Source: an uncultured Desulfovibrionales bacterium
GTDB taxonomy: Bacteria > Desulfobacterota > Desulfovibrionia > Desulfovibrionales > Desulfonatronovibrionaceae
NCBI GenBank assembly: GCA_964614055.1
Contig: CAZTKE010000001.1
Location: forward strand, 6,349 to 70,348
Direction: 5' to 3'
Length of the DNA: 64,000 bases
A program made the translations under genes and the position numbers. Under the pieces are notes generated by a model. The model ran no database searches. It saw nothing but the letters and a program-made list of their open reading frames with translations, and was not told the DNA's origin. Positions 9,654 through 18,832 of this stretch are shown here, piece after piece; the stretch's first letter is position 1, and each line of letters begins with the position of its first letter.

Positions 9654-10586
9654 CTACCCCGTGGTTTTTGCCTCTTTATCCTTAAAATGCAGGGACGGAT
9701 CGCTCGAGTCCGCCGTATGCAGGAACTTGGCGTAATTCAGACCTCCCCGGGTGGCGATTAGAAGAATCAAAGCCAGGGCCACGCATCCGATCATGAGTCC
9801 AAGCTCGATATTTCCGGCCGCGGCCGAGGAAATGACATCTCTGGCCGCCAGGGAATGAATGTATGTGGCCGTTCCGTCCACCGAGGCATGCAGAAGCACG
9901 GCCAGAAGCAGGCTGCCCCGGGTATTGTTGAACAGCCAGGTGAATATAATGGTCAGCCCCAATGTGACCAGCATGAACACCGCAAAGGTAATGATCCCTT
10001 CGCCCAGGCCGGCTTTTTGTATGTTTCCGGGAAGATATACCGGGAGGTGCCAAAGGCCCCAAAAAACGCCCAAAATCAGGGTGCCCGCCAGGGGACCGAA
10101 TTTCCTCTGCAGCCTGGGCAGGGCAAAGCCGCGCCAAGCGGCTTCCTCGAAAAGAGGGCCGAAATAAAAGTGGGAAAAATAGGCACCCGGGTAAAGGATA
10201 AGAGCGGACGGGGCCAAGGCCTTAAAAGGCTCCGCCCCGGACATGAGCAGGGACCCCACGCAGATCTTTATTAGCGGCAGCCCCAAAACGGCGAAAACAT
10301 ACCAGCGCAACCCCACCCGCCAGAGCAAAAAGCGCTTGAGCAGTCCAAGCACTCCCGGCTTTCCGTAGACGAGTGCGGTAATCAAAAGGGCCGCGCCGCT
10401 GGCGCCCAGGGCGATGCCCGGAAGGATGAATATGGATGGGAGGTAAAGAGGTTCGACAATGGCGGGTATCCCGAAAACAAGCAGCGGGAGCCATAAGATC
10501 CAGGACAGAAAATAGACCAAGGCAAAAAAGGATAAAAGGGGCCGCTCGCGGACAAAAGACCCGGCGGAAAAACGATTTCTCTCCAT
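9654..10586 (-). CDS. CPBP (CAAX/Abi) family intramembrane glutamic protease
   Basis: Motifs EEAAWRG, FWGLWH and LLHASVDG in a multi-TM protein. The start is set at MERNRF, which has a GAGGGG RBS. The ORF extends to 10682. Confidence 0.8.
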   Translation of the reverse strand: MERNRFSAGSFVRERPLLSFFALVYFLSWILWLPLLVFGIPAIVEPLYLPSIFILPGIALGASGAALLITALVYGKPGVLGLLKRFLLWRVGLRWYVFAVLGLPLIKICVGSLLMSGAEPFKALAPSALILYPGAYFSHFYFGPLFEEAAWRGFALPRLQRKFGPLAGTLILGVFWGLWHLPVYLPGNIQKAGLGEGIITFAVFMLVTLGLTIIFTWLFNNTRGSLLLAVLLHASVDGTATYIHSLAARDVISSAAAGNIELGLMIGCVALALILLIATRGGLNYAKFLHTADSSDPSLHFKDKEAKTTG

Positions 10587-10722
10587 GATTTTCCCCTCGC
10601 CGATCGCTTGTCTGGCGCCGCTCTTCCGCCGGCCGCACGCTCCCGCTTTCAAGACCAAAGCCCGCCGAAAAGCCGTACGCAACTATATTTTGGGCATTAA
10701 ACTACTTAACCGTTTCTTTAAG

Positions 10723-13700
10723 TCAATACAGATATTTTTCCAAAACCCTTAATAGCTCATCCTTGTCCGCGGGCTTGGGGATATAATCGTCCATGCCCGC
10801 CTCCAGGAATTTTTCCCGGTCACCGTCCATGGCGTAGGCGGTCAGGGCAATAATGGGGACTCTTTTGCTATCCTGACTCCCGGCTTTCGACTCCCTTTCC
10901 TTGTTTTCAATATCCCTGATTTCCCGGGTGGCCCGCACCCCGTCCAGAATCGGCATCTGCACATCCATGAGCACGCAGTCGTATTCGTTTTCCGCAAGCT
11001 CGGCCAGGGCCTCTTCCCCATTTTCGGCCACACGCACCTGAAAACCGTATTTTTCCAGGAGGCGTTTTATATGCACCTGGGTCACCTTCTCGTCATCAAC
11101 CAGAAGCAGCCGTTTTTCCCGGAACTTATCCGTATCTTCCCTTGCCCGCTCGTAAGTAGTCTGCTCATCCTGCAGATAATCCGGAATGCGGAAAGGCAGA
11201 CTGACGTATATCTCGGTCCCCTCTTTGCTGCGGCTGGACAAAGCTGCGTTCCCGCCCATGAGCCGAACCAGTCTCTTGACCAGGGGCAGACCCAGCCCGG
11301 CCCCCTGGTACTCCCGGGTATAGGGTGACCCGGACTCATTGGCCTGGGTAAAGGTCTCAAAGACCTCTTCCTGCTTGTCATCCGGGATTCCCGGCCCATT
11401 GTCCCCGACCGTGAATAAGACCCGGCATTTTCCCGGATCGGAAACGGGCAAAAACGAGGCCCGGACCATGATTTCGCCCTCATGGGTATATTTGACTGCA
11501 TTGCCGGTCAGATTGAAAAGGATCTGGGTCAATCGGGTCTGGTCCCCGATCAGGGATTCGGGGATGTTTTCGTCCATTAAAACGCTTAGGGAATTGCGGT
11601 TTTTCTGGCAGGAGTGACGGAAGATGTCCTCTATGGACTGCAGTACTTCCGCCGGGCGGAACACCTCCTCGCTAAGTTCCAGCTTGCCCGCTTCAATCCG
11701 GGACAGATCCAGAATATCCGTTAGGAGCTTGTTCAGGCGCCGGGAAGATTCGTTGGCCATGCGCACGTATTCCTCCTGCTCATCGTCCAGATCCGTGGAC
11801 TGCATGAGCTGGTGCATGCCCATAATCCCGTTTAAAGGGGTGCGGATCTCGTGGCTCATATTGGCCAGGAATTCGGATTTGGTCCTGTTCGCGGCCTCGG
11901 CCTCCTCTTTGGCCGCGCGCAGGCCGTCTTCCGCCAGTTTGCGGTCGGTAACGTCCCAGACGGTGGAGACAACCAGATTGTTCTCCGGCAGGGGGATATT
12001 CTGGGCGGTTATATAAAACGGTTCCTCACCGGGACGGAAAACCGGCACATCTTTCCAGTACATGCGCTCCGGGTCCCCGCTGGCGCAGTCCTCCTGGACC
12101 CTGTTTTTAATCTTTTCCCGGAATTCCGGGTCGGGGTAGACCACTTCCCAGAAATCGTTCGGCGGGGCCAGGGCCTCCCTGGTTGTGCGGTAAAAACGGA
12201 CAAAATTGTCGTTCATATAGGTAAAATTAACCTCAGGCTCCACGGAATTTATGGCCACGCCCACGGGCAGATTGTCCAGGGTGGAAGTGATAAAGGACTC
12301 CCGCTCCCGCATACTCTCCTCCATCCGCTTGCGGTCGGTGACGTCCAAAAGGGAAGCAACACTCTTGTTCGTCCCCGGAATCATATCGATGTATAAATTT
12401 ATATTCCGGACCTCGCCCCGTCCGGTCACGAACCGAAACTCATACTCTTTGAGGGCCTTTTCCCTGCTTTTGCGTCTCAGCTCATGCTGTTCATACATCC
12501 AGGTCAGATCTTCCTGTAAAACAAAATCCATCCAGGTCTTTTTGCCCTGGATTTCTTCGAGGGAATAACCGGCCAGTTCGGCAAAACGGGCATTGGCCAG
12601 GGATATGGTCCCGTCCTTTTCCAGGATGGATGTAGCCGTTCCGGTATTCTCAAAGACCGTCCTGTACCTCTCCTCGCTCTCGCGCAGGGCTGCTTCCGAC
12701 TGCTTGCGGTCACCAATATCCCGGCAAATGCCTATAAGTACGTTTTCCCCCTGAATGCGGGCTCCGGAAAGACTGACCTCCACATCCACCAGGGAGCCGT
12801 CCTTTCGCCGGTGCCGGGTCTCAAAAGTGGTATTTATCCTGGATAAATCCCGGAAGCCCTCCCGGATGTTGTCCTCGGACATAACCCCCTCATAGTCCCA
12901 GGTATACATGCCCTGCACTTCATCCGGGCTGTATCCGAGCGTGGCCGCGAAACTCTGATTGGCCTCGATTACGCGGTGGTTCTGATCAATAATCACGATG
13001 CCGTCCCGGGAGCAGTTCATAAGGGCCTGACGGCGATCGTCCACGGCCATTAGGGAAGACCTGGCCTCCTCCAGTTCCTCGAGTTTCTCCCGCAGTTTAT
13101 GCTCGGCCTGTTTTCGATCCGTGATATCGAATGCCACCGGGAAAATCACCGGCTGCCCGTTCAGGGTGCTCGCTGTCATACGGATTTCCACCGGATACCG
13201 GGAGCCGTCCTTGCGGGTATGAACGGACTCAATGGTCCTAGTTTCACCCTCCTTGAGTCCTTGCCATATATCAGTAAACTGGTCCTTGCTCACGGCCTGA
13301 CGGTCGAGATCCTCCACCTTCATATTCAGGAGTTCTTCCCGGCTGTACCCGGTATTTTGGCAGGCGGAACTGTTGACCATGAGTATCCGGCCCTGCAGAT
13401 CATGGACAAAGAGCCCGCCGGGCAGATTACCCAGGACGACGCGCAAGCGCTCCTCGGCATCCAGCAAGGCCTCCTCGGCCATTTTCTTGTCCGTTATGTC
13501 CCGGGCCACCCCGATAATCCCGATTACATTTTCCTCGGCATCCCGATACGGGGTCTTAACCGTATCCAGAAGTACCGTGCGGCCGTCCGGGTAGCTCACC
13601 CACTCCTCATTGTGCCTGGACGAACCTTTCTCCAGCATGCGCCGGTCGTTTTTGCGGAAAAAATCGGCCATTTTTTTGCTGTACAGATCGTAGTCGGTTG

Positions 13701-14262
13701 CGCCTGTAATTTCCTGTTTTGTTCGTCCCACATGGCACGCGAATTCACTGTTGCATCCCTGATATATGCCGTTTACGTCCTTTATGAATATGATCTCCGG
13801 GATGGAATCCAAAAGGGAACTTATGAATTCCGACTGATCCCTTGATCTTTTTTCCTCTGCTTTGCGCGCATCAATATCGATCAAGAAGCCCTGATACAGG
13901 CTTACTTCCCCCCGGTCATCAAAAACCGCCCGGATATTTTCCAGGGCCCAGAACAGGCTGCCGTCCTTGCGGCAAAGCCGGCATTCATAGTTAAGCACGC
14001 TCCCCTTGTCCCGGACCAGACTCTTGAAACGCTCCCTGTCCTCCGGGTCCGCGTATATCTGCCCGGCAATATCCGTAACCGATTCCTTGAGTTCCTCTGG
14101 ACTCGCATATCCAAGCAATTCAGCCATGGCCGGATTAGCGGAAAGAAAACGGCCGTCCGGGGTGGAGGTAAAAACACCCACCGGGGCATTCATCAGGATA
14201 TCCTGAGGGTCCGGGAAAATATTCCGGGGAGATTTATTATTATCTTTGGAAGATCTGGACAT
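10723..14262 (-). CDS. Multi-PAS hybrid sensor histidine kinase with C-terminal receiver
   Basis: Repeated PAS/PAC blocks (..DITDRK.. recurring), H-box SHEIRTPLNGIMG, HATPase GAGLGLPLVKRLV, and receiver LLVDDE...VLMDVQMPILDG. Confidence 0.9.
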   Translation of the reverse strand: MSRSSKDNNKSPRNIFPDPQDILMNAPVGVFTSTPDGRFLSANPAMAELLGYASPEELKESVTDIAGQIYADPEDRERFKSLVRDKGSVLNYECRLCRKDGSLFWALENIRAVFDDRGEVSLYQGFLIDIDARKAEEKRSRDQSEFISSLLDSIPEIIFIKDVNGIYQGCNSEFACHVGRTKQEITGATDYDLYSKKMADFFRKNDRRMLEKGSSRHNEEWVSYPDGRTVLLDTVKTPYRDAEENVIGIIGVARDITDKKMAEEALLDAEERLRVVLGNLPGGLFVHDLQGRILMVNSSACQNTGYSREELLNMKVEDLDRQAVSKDQFTDIWQGLKEGETRTIESVHTRKDGSRYPVEIRMTASTLNGQPVIFPVAFDITDRKQAEHKLREKLEELEEARSSLMAVDDRRQALMNCSRDGIVIIDQNHRVIEANQSFAATLGYSPDEVQGMYTWDYEGVMSEDNIREGFRDLSRINTTFETRHRRKDGSLVDVEVSLSGARIQGENVLIGICRDIGDRKQSEAALRESEERYRTVFENTGTATSILEKDGTISLANARFAELAGYSLEEIQGKKTWMDFVLQEDLTWMYEQHELRRKSREKALKEYEFRFVTGRGEVRNINLYIDMIPGTNKSVASLLDVTDRKRMEESMRERESFITSTLDNLPVGVAINSVEPEVNFTYMNDNFVRFYRTTREALAPPNDFWEVVYPDPEFREKIKNRVQEDCASGDPERMYWKDVPVFRPGEEPFYITAQNIPLPENNLVVSTVWDVTDRKLAEDGLRAAKEEAEAANRTKSEFLANMSHEIRTPLNGIMGMHQLMQSTDLDDEQEEYVRMANESSRRLNKLLTDILDLSRIEAGKLELSEEVFRPAEVLQSIEDIFRHSCQKNRNSLSVLMDENIPESLIGDQTRLTQILFNLTGNAVKYTHEGEIMVRASFLPVSDPGKCRVLFTVGDNGPGIPDDKQEEVFETFTQANESGSPYTREYQGAGLGLPLVKRLVRLMGGNAALSSRSKEGTEIYVSLPFRIPDYLQDEQTTYERAREDTDKFREKRLLLVDDEKVTQVHIKRLLEKYGFQVRVAENGEEALAELAENEYDCVLMDVQMPILDGVRATREIRDIENKERESKAGSQDSKRVPIIALTAYAMDGDREKFLEAGMDDYIPKPADKDELLRVLEKYLY

Positions 14263-14641
14263 GCCACCTCCTTGGGGAGGCCTTTATAAATATTCAGCCA
14301 AAAGCTGAAAAAAATGCCGGGAAAATACGGTCTGATCCGTATGAAGGCCTGATTTACTTGCCCGACCCATTTAAATTTCTACTCGGGTATCCGAGTAAAT
14401 CAATTATCCGTTTAGATCAAGAGAACCCGCTTTTAACACCCTTTTGTCAGTTACTATTCTTACAAAAGGATTAAATTAATAAATACAGGCTCTCTGACAA
14501 TTGACAGATATTTAAGTCTGGTTAATCCTGCTTTACATAATCAGTCTTTTTTTGAATTCAATTTATAAAATTATCTTCACGAAATGCCCGCATCCGGTTT
14601 GAACCGGATAAGATACGAAAGACTCCGCACAGGGAGGAAAA

Positions 14642-16495
14642 ATGAACCAACACAGCCGCTGGGGAATTGTCCTGCTGCTCATCCTGGTTCTGCTGGGATG
14701 GCAATATTATCAAAGAACAGCCCACATCCAGAAAATAAACTACACCACGTTTATCAAGCATCTAAATAAAGACAATCTAAAGCAGGTTACCGTGCAGGGG
14801 GAAGAAATAAAAGGCTCCCTTAAAAAACCCGCCCGCATGCGGACTGCAAAGGACTCGCCCGGAGCCGAATATACAAACTTTGTTACCTATCTGCCCTCAT
14901 TCGGTGATCCGGATCTTTTAAAGAATCTGCGGGACAAGGGAGTGGAACTCGAGACCCTGCCGGAGAAAAAAGGCTCTTTTTGGCGGACATTCATACTCTT
15001 TTTGCCCTTTATATTTTTGATGCTTCTCGTGTACATGCAATACAAGCGGACTCAGGGCCAGGGCGGCGGACTTTTTTCCATCGGCAAGAGCCAGGCCACA
15101 AAATATGAACACAGCCAGGCGGACGTAACCTTCAATGACGTGGCCGGAGCCCAGGGTGCCAAGACCGAACTCAAGGAAGTGGTTTCCTTCCTCAAGGAGC
15201 CGGAACGCATCCGCAACCTGGGGGGCAAGGTGCCCAAGGGAGTCATGCTGGTCGGCCCCCCGGGCACGGGTAAAACCCTTTTGGCCCGGGCGGTGGCCGG
15301 GGAAGCGGACGCGCCGTTTTTCTCCATTACCGGCTCGGACTTTATGGAGATGTTTGTGGGAGTGGGAGCGAAAAGGGTGCGCAACCTGTTTGAGGACGCC
15401 AAGAAAAACGCCCCGAGCATAATTTTTATCGACGAGATAGATGCAATCGGCCGCAGCCGCGGAGCCGGATTGGGCGGAGGACACGACGAGCGGGAGCAGA
15501 CTTTGAATCAACTCCTATCCGAACTGGACGGATTTGAGGAAAAGCAGGACGTGATCGTCATGTGCGCCACGAACCGCCCGGACATACTGGATCCGGCGCT
15601 CATGCGCCCCGGTCGCTTCGACCGGCGGATTATCGTGGATCTGCCCAACACCAAGGACCGCCGGGAGATCCTTTCCATTTACGCCCAAAACAAAAAGTTC
15701 GATCCGGACGTGGACCTGGACCGACTGGCCCGGGGAACTCCGGGATTTTCCGGTGCGGACCTGGAAAACATGCTCAACGAGGCGGCCCTATTGGCGGCCA
15801 GAAAACAAAAGGACAGCATAAGCAATCAAAGCATTGAAGAGGCCAGGGACAAGATCCTTATGGGGCTGGTTCGGCAGGGCCTGTCCATGACCGAGGAGGA
15901 AAAAAGGATCGTGGCCTATCACGAAGCCGGGCACGCCGTTGTCGGAGCCCTGCTGGACAGGGCCGATCCGGTGCACAAGGTGTCCATCGTTCCCCGTACG
16001 CAGTCCATGGGCGTCACCCAGCAGCTTCCGGAGGATGAAAAATACATCTACGATCGCGAATATCTACTGGATCGGCTGGCGGTGATGATGGGCGGTCGTG
16101 CGGCGGAAAACCTCGTCTTCGGTACGGCCACCAGCGGAGCGGGTAACGATCTGCAGCAGGCCACTCAATTGGCCCGGCAGATGGTCCTGGAATGGGGCAT
16201 GAGCGGCAGATTCGAGCACATGGCCCTGGGAGGGAAAAAAGAACAGGTCTTTCTGGGGGAAGAACTGGGAAAACCCAGGGAATACAGTGAAAGCACCGCC
16301 CGGGAAGTGGACAGTGAAGTGGAATCGGTGCTGGGCAGCGCCTATAGCAAGGCGGAGGAAATTTTATCCGCTGAAAGAAAGGCCATGGACCGGCTGGCGG
16401 AAAAACTCATGAACGAGGATGAAGTACCCGGGGAAGAAGTCTACGCCCTGATTAAGGACAAACGGGAAGAAACCGACACGGGAGAAAAAGGTTAA
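14642..16495 (+). CDS. ftsH: ATP-dependent zinc metalloprotease FtsH
   Basis: Walker A GPPGTGKT, Walker [13 protein letters not shown] region, and HEAGHA zinc motif. GGGAGG RBS. Confidence 0.95.
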   Translation: MNQHSRWGIVLLLILVLLGWQYYQRTAHIQKINYTTFIKHLNKDNLKQVTVQGEEIKGSLKKPARMRTAKDSPGAEYTNFVTYLPSFGDPDLLKNLRDKGVELETLPEKKGSFWRTFILFLPFIFLMLLVYMQYKRTQGQGGGLFSIGKSQATKYEHSQADVTFNDVAGAQGAKTELKEVVSFLKEPERIRNLGGKVPKGVMLVGPPGTGKTLLARAVAGEADAPFFSITGSDFMEMFVGVGAKRVRNLFEDAKKNAPSIIFIDEIDAIGRSRGAGLGGGHDEREQTLNQLLSELDGFEEKQDVIVMCATNRPDILDPALMRPGRFDRRIIVDLPNTKDRREILSIYAQNKKFDPDVDLDRLARGTPGFSGADLENMLNEAALLAARKQKDSISNQSIEEARDKILMGLVRQGLSMTEEEKRIVAYHEAGHAVVGALLDRADPVHKVSIVPRTQSMGVTQQLPEDEKYIYDREYLLDRLAVMMGGRAAENLVFGTATSGAGNDLQQATQLARQMVLEWGMSGRFEHMALGGKKEQVFLGEELGKPREYSESTAREVDSEVESVLGSAYSKAEEILSAERKAMDRLAEKLMNEDEVPGEEVYALIKDKREETDTGEKG

Positions 16496-16496
16496 A

Positions 16497-17537
16497 TTAC
16501 CTGAGAAACCGGGAAAACTCCGCAAACGCCCTGTCTATAGGTATGGCGAAACCGAGCCCTTCAAATTTGCGGGTCAGTTTCTTGAAGGTATTTATCCCCG
16601 CAACGCGGCCGTTGGAGGTTATCAGCGCTCCCCCGCTGTTTCCGGGATAAATATGGGCGTCGGTCTGGATATAACCTTTCTCCCATCCGGAGACTATGCC
16701 CTTGCTCACCGAGTCGCGCAGGCCCAGGGGCGAACCCACGGCATACACGGTCATGCCCTGTTTTATTTCCGGGGCGGGCCTTAGGTAGGGAGTTTTATGC
16801 CCGTCCAGTTTGATAAGGGCCAAATCCGGATTTTTGCTTTCCGAAATCAGATGGGCATAAAACTCCCGCCCGTCCTTGGTCTTTATCCTGAAGTTGCGCT
16901 TCAATGCGCTATTGGACACGGAAAAATGAAAGCGTGATTCCTTGGCGTCAAATTCCCTTTTGTCTTTTTTGAATCGTCTGTAATTCTCCCGGTATTTGTC
17001 CCGCATGCTTTTGTATTTCTGTAGATACTTTTCGTATCTGTCTTGAAGCTCCTCTTTCCTTTCCGGATCGCTCACCTTTTGCATCCTGCGCCTGAATCCG
17101 TGTATATCTTCCTTATAGTTCCGGATATCCTCTTTCCATTTCCTGAATTTCTCTTCCTGCTCTTCCAGCTTGTGACTGTATTCAGCGAATTTTTCCTTTC
17201 TCTTCTCCGTTATCTCTTTGTTGCCGCGCAGGACGTGGCGGTTGGTCAGGACATATCCGTTATCGCTTACAAAAAAACCCGAACCGAAACCGGTACTGGA
17301 ATAAACCGTAACCACCGCCCGGGTGGCCTCCTCTATCTGGTTTTGTCCCTCCACCTCGGAAAAAAGAGGCTCTTTTGCGTTTTTTGCCGGAGAATCTTTT
17401 CCGTTTTCAAATTCGTCCGGGGCCGGACGGTCCACAAAATGCCACACTCCGTCCTCGGTTTTGTACTTATAGATTTCCGCGTGCAAAACAGAACAGGTAA
17501 AAACAAGAAAAAGCAAAATGAATAATTTAAGACGCAT
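16497..17537 (-). CDS. Secreted trypsin-like (S1) serine protease with DUF4124-like N-terminus and a large charged insertion
   Basis: Signal peptide. YKYKTEDGVWHFVDRP. Triad contexts TNRHVL, DLALIKL and GNSGGAL. About 100 aa of K/E/R-rich segment lies between His and Asp. Confidence 0.75.
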   Translation of the reverse strand: MRLKLFILLFLVFTCSVLHAEIYKYKTEDGVWHFVDRPAPDEFENGKDSPAKNAKEPLFSEVEGQNQIEEATRAVVTVYSSTGFGSGFFVSDNGYVLTNRHVLRGNKEITEKRKEKFAEYSHKLEEQEEKFRKWKEDIRNYKEDIHGFRRRMQKVSDPERKEELQDRYEKYLQKYKSMRDKYRENYRRFKKDKREFDAKESRFHFSVSNSALKRNFRIKTKDGREFYAHLISESKNPDLALIKLDGHKTPYLRPAPEIKQGMTVYAVGSPLGLRDSVSKGIVSGWEKGYIQTDAHIYPGNSGGALITSNGRVAGINTFKKLTRKFEGLGFAIPIDRAFAEFSRFLR

Positions 17538-17578
17538 AAATCAAAAACTTCCCGGATAAAAAATTTTAAAATCTGCTC

Positions 17579-18502
17579 CTATTCCGTGTAAACAGGGGGA
17601 TGGCGGCGCAGATAAAAGACTGATTCCCCGGTATATATGGCAATGCCGGTCCAGATACAGGAAAAGGTTATCAAATGGGCCGTGGTAAAAGGTTCGCCAA
17701 AGGCAAAAACCCCGAGCAGAAACATGCAGGTCGGGGCCAGATACTGCAGTATCCCCACCTCCACCAGTCGGAGCCGCCGGGCGCAAAAAGCGAACATAAG
17801 CAAGGGGATGGCGGTTACCGCGCCCGCCCCGACCAGAAGTATGTCTATTTCCGGATGCCCGCCCCCCAGGGCGGCCTGCCCGGTAGTTTGCAGCCAGCCC
17901 AGGAAAAAAAGGGCCGGGATACTCATGAAAAGGGACTCCACAAACAACCCGGGAAGGGATTCCACGCGGACCAGTTTGCGGATAAGACCATACAGGCCAA
18001 AAGAAAAAGCCAGAGTCAGGGCTATCCAGGGGAAGCGGCCGTAGTTTATGACCAGATTGGCCACTCCGGCCGCGGCCAGCAAAATGGCCACCACCTGAAA
18101 GCGGCGCAAACGGTCCTTGAAAAAGATAAACCCCAGAAGGACATTTACCAAGGGATTTATATAATAGCCCATGCTGGCGTCCAAAACAAACCCGGCATTC
18201 ACCCCCCAGATATAGGTCAGCCAGTTGACCGCCAAAAGACTGCTGCTGCCCAGGAAAAATAGCGCGTTTTTGCGGGAAAAAAGAGCGGCCCGCACTTCCG
18301 GCCAGCGCCGCCAAAGGGTTATCACCGCCCCGACAAAGACCAGGGACCAGAACATGCGGTGACACAAAATCTCAGGCGCGGGCACAACCTTGAGCGCCTT
18401 CCAGTAACAGGGCAAAAGGCCCCAGAACAAAAAGGCCCCGCCCCCGGCGAACAGCCCGGGAAGATTGCGTCCTTTAGGCGGTGTATATTTATTTTTCTGC
18501 AT
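17579..18502 (-). CDS. rarD: EamA/DMT family transporter RarD
   Basis: 10-TM DMT layout. The N-terminus (GLFAGGGAFLFWGLLPCYWK) is typical of RarD. Confidence 0.8.
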   Translation of the reverse strand: MQKNKYTPPKGRNLPGLFAGGGAFLFWGLLPCYWKALKVVPAPEILCHRMFWSLVFVGAVITLWRRWPEVRAALFSRKNALFFLGSSSLLAVNWLTYIWGVNAGFVLDASMGYYINPLVNVLLGFIFFKDRLRRFQVVAILLAAAGVANLVINYGRFPWIALTLAFSFGLYGLIRKLVRVESLPGLFVESLFMSIPALFFLGWLQTTGQAALGGGHPEIDILLVGAGAVTAIPLLMFAFCARRLRLVEVGILQYLAPTCMFLLGVFAFGEPFTTAHLITFSCIWTGIAIYTGESVFYLRRHPPVYTE

Positions 18503-18551
18503 ATTTATCCAAATTCAGCCAAAAGACGAGCTGAAAAGATTTTAGGGTCGT

Positions 18552-18825
18552 CTCAAGAATCTGTGCAACACATTTCATATCGTTGGGATTTCTTTCTTCG
18601 GGATCGCTATCGCTATCGGGATCGGAATCGACCCCATAAGGCGAAGATTCCTCCCGCACCGAACGACATATTCTTTCGATTTCGATAGCGATCCCGATAG
18701 CGATAGCGATTTGGATAATCCCAACGGTTAGTCAACTCAATAGCTTTTAACAAAAACCTTTAAATCCAAGTAGTTAAGTATTGCTCGTAGGTTTTTAACA
18801 ACAAACTTTTGCACAAATTCCTGAG
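18552..18825. repeat. Nested imperfect palindrome (MITE-like or structured intergenic element), about 274 bp
   Basis: Outer inverted repeats are 18552-18568 vs 18809-18825 (15/17). Middle repeats are 18581-18589 vs 18718-18726 (9/9). Core repeats are 18603-18624 vs 18689-18710 (22/22), built from ATCGnn hexamer repeats. Confidence 0.7.
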
Positions 18826-18832
18826 CCAAACC

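Noticed and set aside
14501-14529. Sigma70 promoter for ftsH (TTGACA at 14501-14506)
   Set aside because: The -35 hexamer is perfect, but the best-spaced -10 candidate (TAATCC/AATCCT) is poor. I did not list it as a feature.
18359-18688. 109-aa ORF with a DRYRYRDRNR repeat
   Set aside because: The repeat peptide is simply the ATCGnn hexamer repeat of the palindromic element read in frame. The ORF overlaps the rarD 5' end antisense and has no RBS.
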